A DNA stretch of 64,000 nucleotides, from NCBI GenBank assembly GCA_943788675.1, contig CALSRE010000002.1, forward strand, positions 137,371-201,370, given 5' to 3'. The number at the start of each line of letters is the position of its first letter. Position 1 is the stretch's first letter. The notes below the pieces were generated by a model. The model saw only the letters and a program-made list of their open reading frames with translations, did no database searches and was not told where the DNA came from. The position numbers and the translations under genes are program-made. Origin of the DNA: an uncultured bacterium (GTDB lineage Bacteria > Fidelibacterota > Marinisomatia > Marinisomatales > Marinisomataceae). Shown piece after piece: positions 47,788-57,838 of the stretch.

Positions 47788-48202
47788 TATCCCCTTCTTT
47801 ATCTACAGGATTGTTTTGTTTAACTATTCCATCAAAATTATCTAGATGTGCCTCAACTACCGAATCTAGAATTCCATAAAAGTACAACCCAATTGCCATC
47901 CAAGCAAAACGATTTCTCTCTCTTAAATAATAATCCTGAGACTTTGCATCACTTTCAGAATAATTTTTATGTTTTTTTCTGTTTTCATTAAAGCTCCACA
48001 AAGAAAAAATTTCTGCAGCCATCAATGAGTATCCTTTTATTTTTTGATCATTGTAAATTTGACCCATTCCTGGAAATGTTATAGATTTTTTTAGAGCAAT
48101 TTTTGGATCTTTGGCTTGCTCTTCAGGTGTTCTGAAATCTACTTTTTGTTGAGCGAAAGATAGAGATGTAAAAAAAATAATAAAAATTACTATCCTAAAC
48201 AT
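47774..48202 (-). CDS. DUF5683-like secreted/membrane protein
   Basis: Signal peptide and a PGMGQIYNDQKIKGY motif resembling the DUF5683 family. The assignment is from memory. Confidence 0.45.
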   Translation of the reverse strand: MFRIVIFIIFFTSLSFAQQKVDFRTPEEQAKDPKIALKKSITFPGMGQIYNDQKIKGYSLMAAEIFSLWSFNENRKKHKNYSESDAKSQDYYLRERNRFAWMAIGLYFYGILDSVVEAHLDNFDGIVKQNNPVDKEGDIDGE

Positions 48203-48552
48203 TCTACTTCTACATTTGCTCCCATTGGCAATCCTGCGACCTGTATTGTTGATCTTGCAGGAAAGGGTTCAATTAATCTTTTTTCTATTTCAGCATTAAC
48301 TAATGGAGTAATTGATAAATCAGTTAAAAAAACTAAAAACTTTTTAACGTCATTTATTGATTTTCCATTGTCTGACAGCACAGCTTCTAAGTTGTTAAAA
48401 ACCTGTACGACTTCTTCTTCAATTGAGCTATTGTTAAGCTTTCCTGTTAACGAATCAATTGGTATTTGGCCTGAACTAATCCAGCCACCAGATGAAAGCT
48501 CTCTAAACATTGAATATGGTCCAACTGGATTAGGTGATTTGAATTCTGACAT
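48190..48552 (-). CDS. ridA: RidA/YjgF family reactive-intermediate deaminase
   Basis: 120 aa with PVGPYS...SGQIP...VF.TD......N......F....PARS.IQVA.LP....VE.E. Confidence 0.85.
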   Translation of the reverse strand: MSEFKSPNPVGPYSMFRELSSGGWISSGQIPIDSLTGKLNNSSIEEEVVQVFNNLEAVLSDNGKSINDVKKFLVFLTDLSITPLVNAEIEKRLIEPFPARSTIQVAGLPMGANVEVECLG

Positions 48553-48562
48553 ATTTTTCTCC

Positions 48563-48991
48563 TTATAATTTGCATAGACTTAGCGTTGCAAGTCCAATAT
48601 CATCATTTAATTTTCTGTGGGTTTCATTTTGAAAGTCATGAATAATGAATTCTCCAACAGCAGCTACTTCCATTTCAAATAAATGACCCCCAAATACTTT
48701 CATATCATGATTACCTAATGTAATATGAGCATGTAAAAAAGTCTCTCCGTCTTTTATAGCAACATTGCCTTGAAAAGATAACAATTCAAGTATTTCATCA
48801 AAATATCTATGAACATAGTCTTTTGTAGTAATGTCATATGCCCCAATATCAATATTCTTTACTGCGCCTATGCCTGCCAATTGGGCTGAATTTATGTTAT
48901 TTTCCTTACAAAAGATTGTTAATGACTCCATAACTTTTTCGCCCTTTTCGACATGAACTATATATGAATTATTTACTTTTTGAAATTGCAT
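48563..48991 (-). CDS. PPC (DUF296) domain protein
   Basis: 142 aa with the pattern ...GEKVMESLTIFCKENNI.SAQL.GIGAV...IGAYD........GN......HAHITLG...... typical of PPC/DUF296. Confidence 0.65.
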   Translation of the reverse strand: MQFQKVNNSYIVHVEKGEKVMESLTIFCKENNINSAQLAGIGAVKNIDIGAYDITTKDYVHRYFDEILELLSFQGNVAIKDGETFLHAHITLGNHDMKVFGGHLFEMEVAAVGEFIIHDFQNETHRKLNDDIGLATLSLCKL

Positions 48992-51528
48992 TATATTTTC
49001 TCCAAAATAGTTTTAATTGTATTTTTTATAACATCATTGATTTTAGCAGATGAACTTTTTAAGGAAATTCCAGCCATTGCAAAATCTTTTCTTCCACCAC
49101 CGCTTCCATCTAATTGCATAGCTATATCTTTAACTAATTCTCCAGCAATGATTGATTTTTTTATCAAATCATCAGAAACGCCAACTGAAAGTGTTTTTTT
49201 ATCTTCTACCTCTGTAAATAAACAAATTAATCCAGAAAGAAACTTATTTCTAACTCTTCTGTTAATTTCTTTAAGATCTCCAGCTGATCCTAAATTTACA
49301 TTTGCTATTAAAATATCTATATCATCTATGGAAATTCTATTTTCTAAAATTGTATTAATATCAACTGCTTCTATAAGTGATAATTGATTGCTTTTTTCTA
49401 ACTCTTTCTTTTGATGTGCCAGCTCTTGAAGTCCTAATTCTTCAGTTTTCTTTTTTACATAAAGATCAACCTGATTATTAGTTATGGCATGAACTCTTCT
49501 AACTCCAGACGAAATAGCTTTTTCATGCTTTATTTTAAATTTTTGAATTTCTCCAGTATTAGAAACATGTGTACCTCCACATAGCTCTAGCGAAAAGGAA
49601 CCTATGGATAATACTCTTACTTCGTCGCCATACTTTTCTCCAAATAATGCAGTTGCTCCCTCTTTCTTAGCATCTTCGAGACTTTTAATGCTCGTTTTTA
49701 CCTCAATATTTTCTTTAATTTTTTTGTTTACTGTATTTTCAATTTTTTCTATATCTTCTTTTGAAATTTTATTTGGATGTGTTATATCAAACCTAAGATA
49801 ATCTGGGTGCACTAATGAACCTGTTTGATTTACGTGATCTCCTAATACATCTTTTATCGCCTGATGAAGTAAATGTGTTGCTGAATGATTTAGTTTAATA
49901 TCAAACCTTCTATTTTCATCAATTGCACAATCTACATTAAGATTTTTTCCAATAGATCCATTTTTTAGATTGCAAATATGAAAAATAAAATCTCCATCTC
50001 TTTGAGTATCTTGAACATGAAAGGAAAAATCCTCATTTTGAATTATTCCAGTATCTCCAATTTGTCCACCAGATTCTGCGTAAAAAGGTGTTTCTCTTAG
50101 GACTATAATAACACAATCATCCGTAAAAGCGTAATTTGTTATTTCTGAAGACACTTTCATTTTATCGTATCCTACAAAACTAGAATGATTCTTATCTATA
50201 GCTAATTCCCATTTAACATCAGCATTATCCATTATAAATTTTTGACCACTTTTTGCCATAGCTTGCTGTTTGAGCATTTCAATATTGAAGCCATCAACAT
50301 CAACCTTTCTACCAATTTCCTCAGCCATCATCTCTGTCAAATCTAATGGGAAACCATATGTATCATATAATTTGAAAGCGTCGCTGCCATTTATTATATC
50401 TGAATTATTATTTTCTACAATTTTTTCAAATTGAATTACGCCTTTTTCAAGAGTTCTTAAGAATGCATTCTCTTCGCTCAGAATTGTTTGTTCAATGTAT
50501 TGCTGCTTTTCTTTTAGCTCTGGATAATGACTTGACATTGTACTTACCACCGAAGCTACTAACTTATATAAAATCGGCTCTTTGCTTTGGAGATTCATTG
50601 CAAATTTTGACCCTCTTCTTAATACTCTTCTAACAACATATCCTCTTCCATCGTTTGAGGGAATCACGCCATCGGCTATAGCAAAAGATAACATGCGAAT
50701 ATGATCGCAAATTACATTATAAGTAATTTCAAAATCTTGATACTTAGTTCCTGAGAATTTTTCCAAATCTTTGATTGTTGCTGAAAAAAGGTCTGTTTTA
50801 TAATTAGAATCTTGATTTTGAAGAACTGAACAAATTCTTTCCAATCCTGCTCCTGTATCTACATGTTTTTTTGGAAGATCTTCCATAGTTCCATCTTTCA
50901 ATCTATTAAATTGAATAAATACAAGATTCCATAACTCCCAATACTCAGGTGAATTATTAACCATTTCTGCTTTTTGATTTTCAGCATCATCGCCCACATA
51001 ATAGTGAATCTCCGAACAAGGACCGCATGGTCCTGTTTCAGCCATTTCCCAAAAATTATCTTCAGCTCCGGATCTAATAATTCTTTCAGGATTAATATCT
51101 GTACAATCTTCCCATAAATCATATGCTTCATCATCTTTTTCAAAAACTGTAACCCATAATTTTGACTTATCAAGCTTCCATACTTCTGTAAAAAGCTCCC
51201 AAGACCATTGAATAGCTTCTTTTTTGTAATAATCGCCAAAGGACCAATTACCTAGCATTTCAAAGAAAGTATGATGAAAGCCATCTCTACCAACCTCCTC
51301 TAAATCATTATGCTTTCCACTTACACGAATACATTTTTGACTATTAACTAATCGAAGATTGATAGGCTCTTGAGTATTTAAAAAAATTGGTTTGAATTGA
51401 TTCATACCAGCGTTTGTAAATAGTAAAGACTTATCGCCAATTGGTAATACTGGCGCACTTGAAACCCGTTTATGGTTTTTGCTTTCAAAAAAGCTAATAA
51501 ATGATTCTCTAATTTGTGAACTTTTCAT
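48991..51528 (-). CDS. alaS: alanine--tRNA ligase
   Basis: FTNAGMNQFK, class II core motifs, the editing domain HSATHLLH / CGGTHV zinc motif, and a C-terminal DHHA1 region. 845 aa. Confidence 0.96.
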   Translation of the reverse strand: MKSSQIRESFISFFESKNHKRVSSAPVLPIGDKSLLFTNAGMNQFKPIFLNTQEPINLRLVNSQKCIRVSGKHNDLEEVGRDGFHHTFFEMLGNWSFGDYYKKEAIQWSWELFTEVWKLDKSKLWVTVFEKDDEAYDLWEDCTDINPERIIRSGAEDNFWEMAETGPCGPCSEIHYYVGDDAENQKAEMVNNSPEYWELWNLVFIQFNRLKDGTMEDLPKKHVDTGAGLERICSVLQNQDSNYKTDLFSATIKDLEKFSGTKYQDFEITYNVICDHIRMLSFAIADGVIPSNDGRGYVVRRVLRRGSKFAMNLQSKEPILYKLVASVVSTMSSHYPELKEKQQYIEQTILSEENAFLRTLEKGVIQFEKIVENNNSDIINGSDAFKLYDTYGFPLDLTEMMAEEIGRKVDVDGFNIEMLKQQAMAKSGQKFIMDNADVKWELAIDKNHSSFVGYDKMKVSSEITNYAFTDDCVIIVLRETPFYAESGGQIGDTGIIQNEDFSFHVQDTQRDGDFIFHICNLKNGSIGKNLNVDCAIDENRRFDIKLNHSATHLLHQAIKDVLGDHVNQTGSLVHPDYLRFDITHPNKISKEDIEKIENTVNKKIKENIEVKTSIKSLEDAKKEGATALFGEKYGDEVRVLSIGSFSLELCGGTHVSNTGEIQKFKIKHEKAISSGVRRVHAITNNQVDLYVKKKTEELGLQELAHQKKELEKSNQLSLIEAVDINTILENRISIDDIDILIANVNLGSAGDLKEINRRVRNKFLSGLICLFTEVEDKKTLSVGVSDDLIKKSIIAGELVKDIAMQLDGSGGGRKDFAMAGISLKSSSAKINDVIKNTIKTILEKI

Positions 51529-51575
51529 TGATAAAATTGTTTCATATGAATCTAAACAAATAATATATTCATTAG

Positions 51576-52178
51576 GTGAAAAATAATCTAATACTAACTG
51601 TTTTATTTTTGTTTTTTTGTACTCCAGTTTTGTCTCAAAATCAAACTATTAAAAAATTGTATGTAGAATCTAAAAATAATGGAACAGTTATCATGCTTGA
51701 ATCAAATAAAAAATTAAATCTTGAAAATATAACTGCATGGTATTCTTCCGATTGGTTTTATATAACTATTTACGATGCAGAATCAGATAGTCTTACAATA
51801 TCTAATTATAAAAATTACTCATTAAAAAGTGTAGAAATTTCAAATGCTGAAGAATCGACGCAGATAGCACTTCAGGTTAATGAAAATATTGAATCTTTTG
51901 AGATAGATATACCACAAAGAAAAAGTGTTCAATTTCTTCTTAGAAACAATCAAATTATTTCTAAGGATAAAATATCTAAAAACCTATCTGTAAACACATT
52001 ATCAATTAATGATAATGATATCGATGAGACAGAATTATCTGGTGGTCAAGAAACTAACGTAGCATTTAATAGTAAATTAATTGTACTTATTGGTTTTTTA
52101 ATATCAGGATCTGATATAACAAACAATACAACATTTTTACTTGGGTCATTATTAGCAATTGTATCAAATTTAATATAG
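51576..52178 (+). CDS. secreted hypothetical protein with a C-terminal hydrophobic anchor
   Basis: GTG start, signal peptide LILTVLFLFFCTPVLSQ, and possibly an AMIN-like N-terminal domain (weak). Confidence 0.45.
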   Translation: MKNNLILTVLFLFFCTPVLSQNQTIKKLYVESKNNGTVIMLESNKKLNLENITAWYSSDWFYITIYDAESDSLTISNYKNYSLKSVEISNAEESTQIALQVNENIESFEIDIPQRKSVQFLLRNNQIISKDKISKNLSVNTLSINDNDIDETELSGGQETNVAFNSKLIVLIGFLISGSDITNNTTFLLGSLLAIVSNLI

Positions 52179-52179
52179 A

Positions 52180-53124
52180 CTAGAGTTCTACAAACTTATC
52201 GGTGTATTCTAATAGTTTATTTTTGATTCCTTCTTCATAAATGGAATGTCCAGCATCCGGAATTATATGCAAGTCTGCTTCAGGCCAAGCTTTATGAAGA
52301 TCCCAAGCCTGCACCACTGGACAGATAATGTCATATCTTCCATGTACAATAACCGAAGGGATATTTCTTATTTTATCTATATTTTCAATTAAATAGTTTC
52401 CTGTTGGAAACCAGCAATTGTTCATAAAATAGTGGCATTCAATCCTAGCAAACGCTTCAGCAAATTTTTCATCACCAAAATCGGATATAAAATCATCATC
52501 CAAAATTAAACGAACTGAACTTCCTTCCCATGTGCTCCAAGCTTTTGCAGCTTCAATTTTTTTAGCCTGGTCATTTCCAGTCAAAATTTCATAGTATGCA
52601 GCTAGTAAGTTGTCCCTTTTTTCTTCTGGGATTGGAGCTAAAAAAGATTCCCACTTATCAGGAAAAATATTATTTGCTCCAGATTGATAAAACCAATCAA
52701 TCTCTTTTTTTCTTACTAAAAATATGCCTCTTAGAATAAGAGCTTTACAAGATAAAGGATGCTTTTGACTGTAAGCTAAAGATAACGTACTTCCCCAGCT
52801 TCCTCCAAAAACTACCCATTTTTCAATTTGAAGATGCTCTCTAATTTTTTCAATATCTGCAACTAAATTCCAAGTAGTGTTTTCTTCTAATTCAGCAAAT
52901 GGAGTGCTTTTACCGCAACCGCGCTGATCAAACATAATTATTCTCCATTTCTCAGGATTAAAATATTGTCGATAGCTAGAACTAATTCCACCTCCTGGAC
53001 CACCATGTAAAAATATGACAGGTTTTCCATTTTTATTTCCTGATTCTTCAACAAAAATTGTATGCAAATAAGATACTTTTAGATTGAAAGAATTGAAAAC
53101 ATTAGCTTTAGGATATAATTCCAT
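52180..53124 (-). CDS. pip: prolyl aminopeptidase (proline iminopeptidase, S33)
   Basis: HGGPGGG, FDQRGCGKS and GGSWGSTL motifs. 314 aa. Confidence 0.93.
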   Translation of the reverse strand: MELYPKANVFNSFNLKVSYLHTIFVEESGNKNGKPVIFLHGGPGGGISSSYRQYFNPEKWRIIMFDQRGCGKSTPFAELEENTTWNLVADIEKIREHLQIEKWVVFGGSWGSTLSLAYSQKHPLSCKALILRGIFLVRKKEIDWFYQSGANNIFPDKWESFLAPIPEEKRDNLLAAYYEILTGNDQAKKIEAAKAWSTWEGSSVRLILDDDFISDFGDEKFAEAFARIECHYFMNNCWFPTGNYLIENIDKIRNIPSVIVHGRYDIICPVVQAWDLHKAWPEADLHIIPDAGHSIYEEGIKNKLLEYTDKFVEL

Positions 53125-53167
53125 TATTCAATTTAATTAAAAAAAATATTTATTATGAATAAAGTTC

Positions 53168-53195
53168 TTGACGATTGCTACGAAATGCGTAATTT
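53168..53195 (+). promoter_or_regulatory. candidate promoter of the pnt operon (TTGACG-16 nt-TAATTT)
   Basis: TTGACG at 53168-53173 and TAATTT at 53190-53195. There are 18 nt to the ATG and no obvious SD. Confidence 0.35.
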
Positions 53196-53213
53196 TACCT
53201 CGATTTTATTGTT

Positions 53214-54335
53214 ATGAAAATTGGAATTTTAAAAGAAAATAAAGCAAATGAAATGAGGGTGGCTATTGTGCCATCAACTATCTCTGCACTCTCAAAAAAA
53301 GGATATGAATTTTTCATCGAAACTGACTCGGGCATAAATGCTAATTATTCTAATGAAGAATACAAAAATGCAGGTGCCAAGATAGTTGATAAGAATCAAA
53401 TTTTTGATTGTAATATAGTATGTAAAGTTAATTCGCCTTCAAATGAAGAAATTTTATCTCTTAAAGATGGAACATTATTTATTTCTCTATTACAAACAAT
53501 AAAAGAAATTGACTGCGTTAAAGGATTGGCAAGTCAAAAAGTATCTGCTTTTTCTTTAAATCTACTTCCAAGAACTACTCTCGCACAGAAAATGGATGTT
53601 TTAAGTTCACAGGCTAATATTGCTGGATATAAAGCAGTTCTAATTGGAGCAAATCATATTGGTAAATATATGCCTCTTCTAATGACAGCAGCAGGTACTA
53701 TCTCTCCTGCTAGAACTCTTGTTATTGGAGCAGGTGTTGCTGGCTTACAAGCAATTGCAACAGCTAAAAGATTAGGTTCGCAAGTAGAAGCATTTGATGT
53801 CAGACCTGAAGTAAAAGAACAAGTTGAAAGTCTTGGAGCAAAATTTGTTGAAGTAGATAGCGATTCAGATGACGGTGTTGGTTCTGGAGGATATGCTTCT
53901 GAAACAAGCGATGATTATAAAGCTAAACAACAAGAATTAATGAAAGAAAGAGTTGGTAAATCAGATATTGTTATAACAACTGCTCTGATACCTAATAGAC
54001 CTGCGCCAATGCTAATACCTAGAGATATGGTAGAAACAATGGCATCAGGCTCTGTTATTATGGATTTAGCTGCTGAGAATGGCGGGAATTGTGAATTAAC
54101 ATCACCAAATGAAATAGTTAATCATGGCGGGGTCTTAATTGATGGAAACGCTAACATACCAAGTACAATGGCTTTTCATTCTAGTCAGTTATTTTCAAAA
54201 AATATTGAAGCAATAATTGATCACTGTCATTCTGAAGATGGATTTAAGCTTGATAAAGAAGATGAAATTATTGATGGAATGTTATTTTTAGAAAATGGCG
54301 TTGTACGCCATGAACCTACAAAGGAGGCAATGTAA
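53214..54335 (+). CDS. pntAA: NAD(P) transhydrogenase subunit alpha part 1
   Basis: Alanine-dehydrogenase/PNT N- and C-terminal domains, with the VIGAGVAGLQAI NAD-binding motif. Confidence 0.93.
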   Translation: MKIGILKENKANEMRVAIVPSTISALSKKGYEFFIETDSGINANYSNEEYKNAGAKIVDKNQIFDCNIVCKVNSPSNEEILSLKDGTLFISLLQTIKEIDCVKGLASQKVSAFSLNLLPRTTLAQKMDVLSSQANIAGYKAVLIGANHIGKYMPLLMTAAGTISPARTLVIGAGVAGLQAIATAKRLGSQVEAFDVRPEVKEQVESLGAKFVEVDSDSDDGVGSGGYASETSDDYKAKQQELMKERVGKSDIVITTALIPNRPAPMLIPRDMVETMASGSVIMDLAAENGGNCELTSPNEIVNHGGVLIDGNANIPSTMAFHSSQLFSKNIEAIIDHCHSEDGFKLDKEDEIIDGMLFLENGVVRHEPTKEAM

Positions 54336-54616
54336 TGCAGATTGATATTGTTAGTTTAATTACAATTTTTATTCTTGCTGTTTTTGTTGGTAATGAAATT
54401 ATCAATAAAGTTCCACCAACCCTTCATACTCCTTTAATGTCAGGGTCTAATGCAATTTCTGGTATTGCTATTGTTGGTGCTATCCTTGCAATTTTAGTTG
54501 ATGGTGGAGAAATAAGTAAATACATAGGACTTGCCGCTTTAATATGTGCTACAATTAATGTGGTTGGCGGTTTTTTAGTTACAGATAGAATGTTAAAAAT
54601 GTTTAAGAAGAAATAA
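54335..54616 (+). CDS. pntAB: NAD(P) transhydrogenase subunit alpha part 2 (membrane)
   Basis: 93-aa 3-TM protein with the motif PLMSGSNAISGI. It overlaps the pntAA stop. Confidence 0.9.
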   Translation: MQIDIVSLITIFILAVFVGNEIINKVPPTLHTPLMSGSNAISGIAIVGAILAILVDGGEISKYIGLAALICATINVVGGFLVTDRMLKMFKKK

Positions 54617-54617
54617 T

Positions 54618-56009
54618 ATGGAACCTATTCAAATAACAAATATACTATACTTATTCTCAGCTATTGCCTTTATTCTTGGTATAAAGAGACTATCTCATCC
54701 AAAGACTGCAAGGAGCGGAAATCTTCTATCTTCTCTTGGAATGTTAATTGCGGTTATTGCAACTCTAACTTATCCAGGAAAAGAATTTGACTTTACTCTA
54801 ATACTTGCTGGTGTAGCTATCGGAGCTGTAATTGGTTTAATTTTTGCAACGAGAGTTCAAATGACTGAGATGCCTCAAATGGTTGCTATTTTTAATGGAT
54901 TAGGTGGAGCAGCATCTGCTTTCGTAGCATCATCAGAGTTTTTATCCTCCCCAAATAGTCCTTTCATCATTGTTTGTTTAAGCGTATTTATTGGTTCGCT
55001 AACTTTTACAGGAAGCTTTATTGCATTTGGTAAACTTCAAGGCTTTATTTCTGGAAGAGCAATCACTTTTAAAGGTCAACAGGCCATAAATGCAATAATT
55101 GCTTTATTATCTATATCAATAATTCTTGCTCCAGGTTTATTTTTTGAATCATCTATATATGCTGGATATTTAAATGCATTTTATATTGTTATCGCGCTTG
55201 CTCTTCTTCTTGGAATTGGTCTTACTATTCCTATTGGAGGAGCTGATATGCCTGTAGTGATTTCATTGCTTAATTCTTACTCTGGTATTGCTGCTGCTGC
55301 TACTGGATTTCTAATCAATAATAATGCACTTATCATCAGTGGTTCGCTTGTTGGAGCTTCAGGTCTTATTCTTACAAATATAATGTGCAAAGGTATGAAT
55401 CGTTCTTTAGCAAATGTTATTTTTGGAGCAGTTGGAGCGGAAACTTCAGGAGGTGGATCTGAAGGTGGCAAAGAAATCAATATTAAAAGCTACTCTACTA
55501 CTGAAGCCGCAATGATTCTTGATGCTGCTGAAAAAATTATTATTGTTCCAGGCTACGGTTTAGCTGTTGCGCAAGCTCAGCATGTTGCTAGAGAAGTAGC
55601 AGAATCCTTAGAAACAATGGGTAAGAAAGTATTATATGCTATCCACCCTGTTGCTGGAAGAATGCCTGGACATATGAATGTTTTGCTTGCAGAAGCAAAT
55701 GTTTCTTATGATGTTTTAAAAGATTTAGATGAAATTAATCCTGAATTTGAAGATTGTGATGTTGCGCTAATCTTAGGAGCTAATGATGTTGTCAATCCTG
55801 CTGCAAGACATGATCAATCTAGTCCAATCTATGGCATGCCAATCTTAAATGTTGATAAGTCTAGAACTGTTATTATCAATAAAAGAAGTATGAATCCTGG
55901 ATTTGCTGGAGTTCAGAATGAGCTGTTTGGATACGACAACTCTATAATGGTTTTTGGTGATGCTAAAGACATGCTAAATGACCTTCTAAAAGAAGTAAAA
56001 GAATTATAA
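54618..56009 (+). CDS. pntB: NAD(P) transhydrogenase subunit beta
   Basis: Polytopic N-terminal part and a C-terminal NADP(H) domain: PGYGLAVAQAQH, HPVAGRMPGHMNVLLAEA and GANDVVNPAA. Confidence 0.95.
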   Translation: MEPIQITNILYLFSAIAFILGIKRLSHPKTARSGNLLSSLGMLIAVIATLTYPGKEFDFTLILAGVAIGAVIGLIFATRVQMTEMPQMVAIFNGLGGAASAFVASSEFLSSPNSPFIIVCLSVFIGSLTFTGSFIAFGKLQGFISGRAITFKGQQAINAIIALLSISIILAPGLFFESSIYAGYLNAFYIVIALALLLGIGLTIPIGGADMPVVISLLNSYSGIAAAATGFLINNNALIISGSLVGASGLILTNIMCKGMNRSLANVIFGAVGAETSGGGSEGGKEINIKSYSTTEAAMILDAAEKIIIVPGYGLAVAQAQHVAREVAESLETMGKKVLYAIHPVAGRMPGHMNVLLAEANVSYDVLKDLDEINPEFEDCDVALILGANDVVNPAARHDQSSPIYGMPILNVDKSRTVIINKRSMNPGFAGVQNELFGYDNSIMVFGDAKDMLNDLLKEVKEL

Positions 56010-56040
56010 AATTCTTTTAATTTTATTTCTATATTAAATC

Positions 56041-56532
56041 ATGTCAAAAACAACTCTCTATGATATTGCTAATGAATTTGAAAAATCATTAGAAAATCTG
56101 CTTGATCATGATGATTTAGATCTAATCAAAGAAATTGAAGCCATTGAAGGTGAATTCAAATCAAAGTCGACTAATGTAGCTAAATATATTAGAAACCTTG
56201 AACATTTATCTTCTGGAATAAAAGAAATTGAATCAAACCAAAAAAAGAGAAGAATCACTTTAGAAAAAAAAATTCAACGTTTAAAAGATTATTTAAGAGT
56301 TAATTTTGAAAAAACAAATACTGATAGACTAGAAAGTGAAGATATAGTAATTGCTATCTATAAAAACCCTATTAAGGTGAATGTCGTTGATGAAGATCTT
56401 ATCCCTGAAGAGTTTTTCAATATAAATGAAAATAAAGTGCTAAATAAAGATATGATAAAAGAATCTTTACAAAATGGTAGTAATGTTCCAGGCTGTGAAT
56501 TAATTCAAGAAAAAAGGGTAAATATAAAGTAA
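56041..56532 (+). CDS. Siphovirus Gp157-family protein (phage-derived)
   Basis: TLYDIANEFEKSLENLLD...IEAIEGEFKSKSTNVAKYIRNLE...LEKKIQRLKDYL...IYKNPIKVNVVDEDLIPEEF...LQNGSNVPGCELIQEKRVNIK follows the Sipho_Gp157 family pattern end to end. Confidence 0.75.
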   Translation: MSKTTLYDIANEFEKSLENLLDHDDLDLIKEIEAIEGEFKSKSTNVAKYIRNLEHLSSGIKEIESNQKKRRITLEKKIQRLKDYLRVNFEKTNTDRLESEDIVIAIYKNPIKVNVVDEDLIPEEFFNINENKVLNKDMIKESLQNGSNVPGCELIQEKRVNIK

Positions 56533-56536
56533 AATT

Positions 56537-57130
56537 ATGAACAGCCTATTAGCAGAATATCGTATGTATTTCTTGAGAATCTCTATCCTTTCTCTTATTG
56601 TATTATCAATAATGAATAATAATTTTAGAGCATATACCTTAGAAATCACTTCTACCGAATCTCTTCAAATGAGTATAATTGGTTTTATCTTTGTTGTTCT
56701 TGGTTGCTTTGGTAGGATTTGGGCTTCTCTTTATATCGAAGGACATAAAACAAAAAATTTGATAACTGATGGTCCATTTTCAATGGTAAGAAATCCATTG
56801 TATTTTTTTAGTCTGATGATGCTAATTGGTTTTTGCCTTGCTTTAAAATCTATATATTTACCCCTAGGCTTAATTTTAATTTTTATATTTTTTCATATTC
56901 CTACAATAGCTAATGAAGAAAAAAAATTATTGGATATTCATGGTGAAAAATTTGAAGAATACATTAGAATTACCCCTAGGCTGATTCCTAATATATTTCG
57001 ATATAAAAAAACAGACTCAACACAAAGAGTTTTAATAAAAATTAAAAGAATTAATAGTGTACTTATAGAAATTATAGGATACTTATTTTTGTATACTGCA
57101 ATTGATATTATTTACTTTATACTAAATTAA
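56537..57130 (+). CDS. ICMT/PEMT-like membrane methyltransferase family protein
   Basis: Polytopic protein with LITDGPFSMVRNPLYFFSLMMLIG and ANEEKKLLDIHGEKFEEYIRITPRLIP, matching the isoprenylcysteine carboxyl / phospholipid methyltransferase signature. Confidence 0.7.
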   Translation: MNSLLAEYRMYFLRISILSLIVLSIMNNNFRAYTLEITSTESLQMSIIGFIFVVLGCFGRIWASLYIEGHKTKNLITDGPFSMVRNPLYFFSLMMLIGFCLALKSIYLPLGLILIFIFFHIPTIANEEKKLLDIHGEKFEEYIRITPRLIPNIFRYKKTDSTQRVLIKIKRINSVLIEIIGYLFLYTAIDIIYFILN

Positions 57131-57838
57131 TTCTTTTTCTCTAAGCATATTAATCAGATCTTCGCTTTTATAGTCTACATTGTATATTTCATATTGGTTA
57201 TTTTCTTTAAGATGAAATAAAGTTTGACTTCCGATTTCAAGACCATAAAAACGTTCCAAGATATATCTATAAAATGTAAGCTGTAAAGAATAATGGTTAA
57301 AGTTGCAATCTTCTAAATGCCTTGAAGAGCTTAATAATCCTCTTTTTTTTCTAAAAGATCTCTTATCGATTCGCTTATTTGTCTTCCAGTCAACTAAATG
57401 ATACATATCCTGCTCACTATTGTAAACTAAAACATCGATTGTGCCTGCAATGCCTAGCTCTTTTGAGTACACTATAACCTCTGAATAAAAGGTATTATGT
57501 GGATTTTTTTGCTTCTCTTTAACCCACTGAACTCCAGTGACAGACATCTGATGTGTTGGAGGAATGTTCTCTTTAATGAACATTTCTAATTCGTTATGAA
57601 CAATTGTTCCCCTCTCAGCTCCTTTCCCCCATTCTTTGATTACTTCATCTACAGTTTTTCCGCTATACTTTGGATGAGTATTAATTAATTTTCTTGCGAC
57701 TTTTTCTTGATCAAATTTTTCAAAAAAATGGTGTATAAACTCAGTAACGCTAGAAAATTTGAAATCAGGGTTACTTTCAAGAATATATTTATGATTCTCT
57801 TGATCTAAAGAAATATCATTCTTAAATAATTCATTCAT
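57122..57838 (-). CDS. PD-(D/E)XK (RecB/Cas4-like, phage-type) exonuclease
   Basis: HKY...FSSVTEFI N-terminus, GTIVHNELE, GTIDVLVY...YHLVDWKTNK (D...D/E-x-K) and YSLQLTFYRYILE (QxxxY) motifs. No Cys cluster. Confidence 0.7.
   Translation of the reverse strand: MNELFKNDISLDQENHKYILESNPDFKFSSVTEFIHHFFEKFDQEKVARKLINTHPKYSGKTVDEVIKEWGKGAERGTIVHNELEMFIKENIPPTHQMSVTGVQWVKEKQKNPHNTFYSEVIVYSKELGIAGTIDVLVYNSEQDMYHLVDWKTNKRIDKRSFRKKRGLLSSSRHLEDCNFNHYSLQLTFYRYILERFYGLEIGSQTLFHLKENNQYEIYNVDYKSEDLINMLREKELI

Noticed and set aside
56041-57838. Prophage or integrative element
   Set aside because: Only two phage-family genes are present. There is no integrase, no capsid/tail/terminase genes, no attachment repeats and no adjacent tRNA. 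The genes are fused into host operons, so I report it as a phage-derived islet, not a mobile element.
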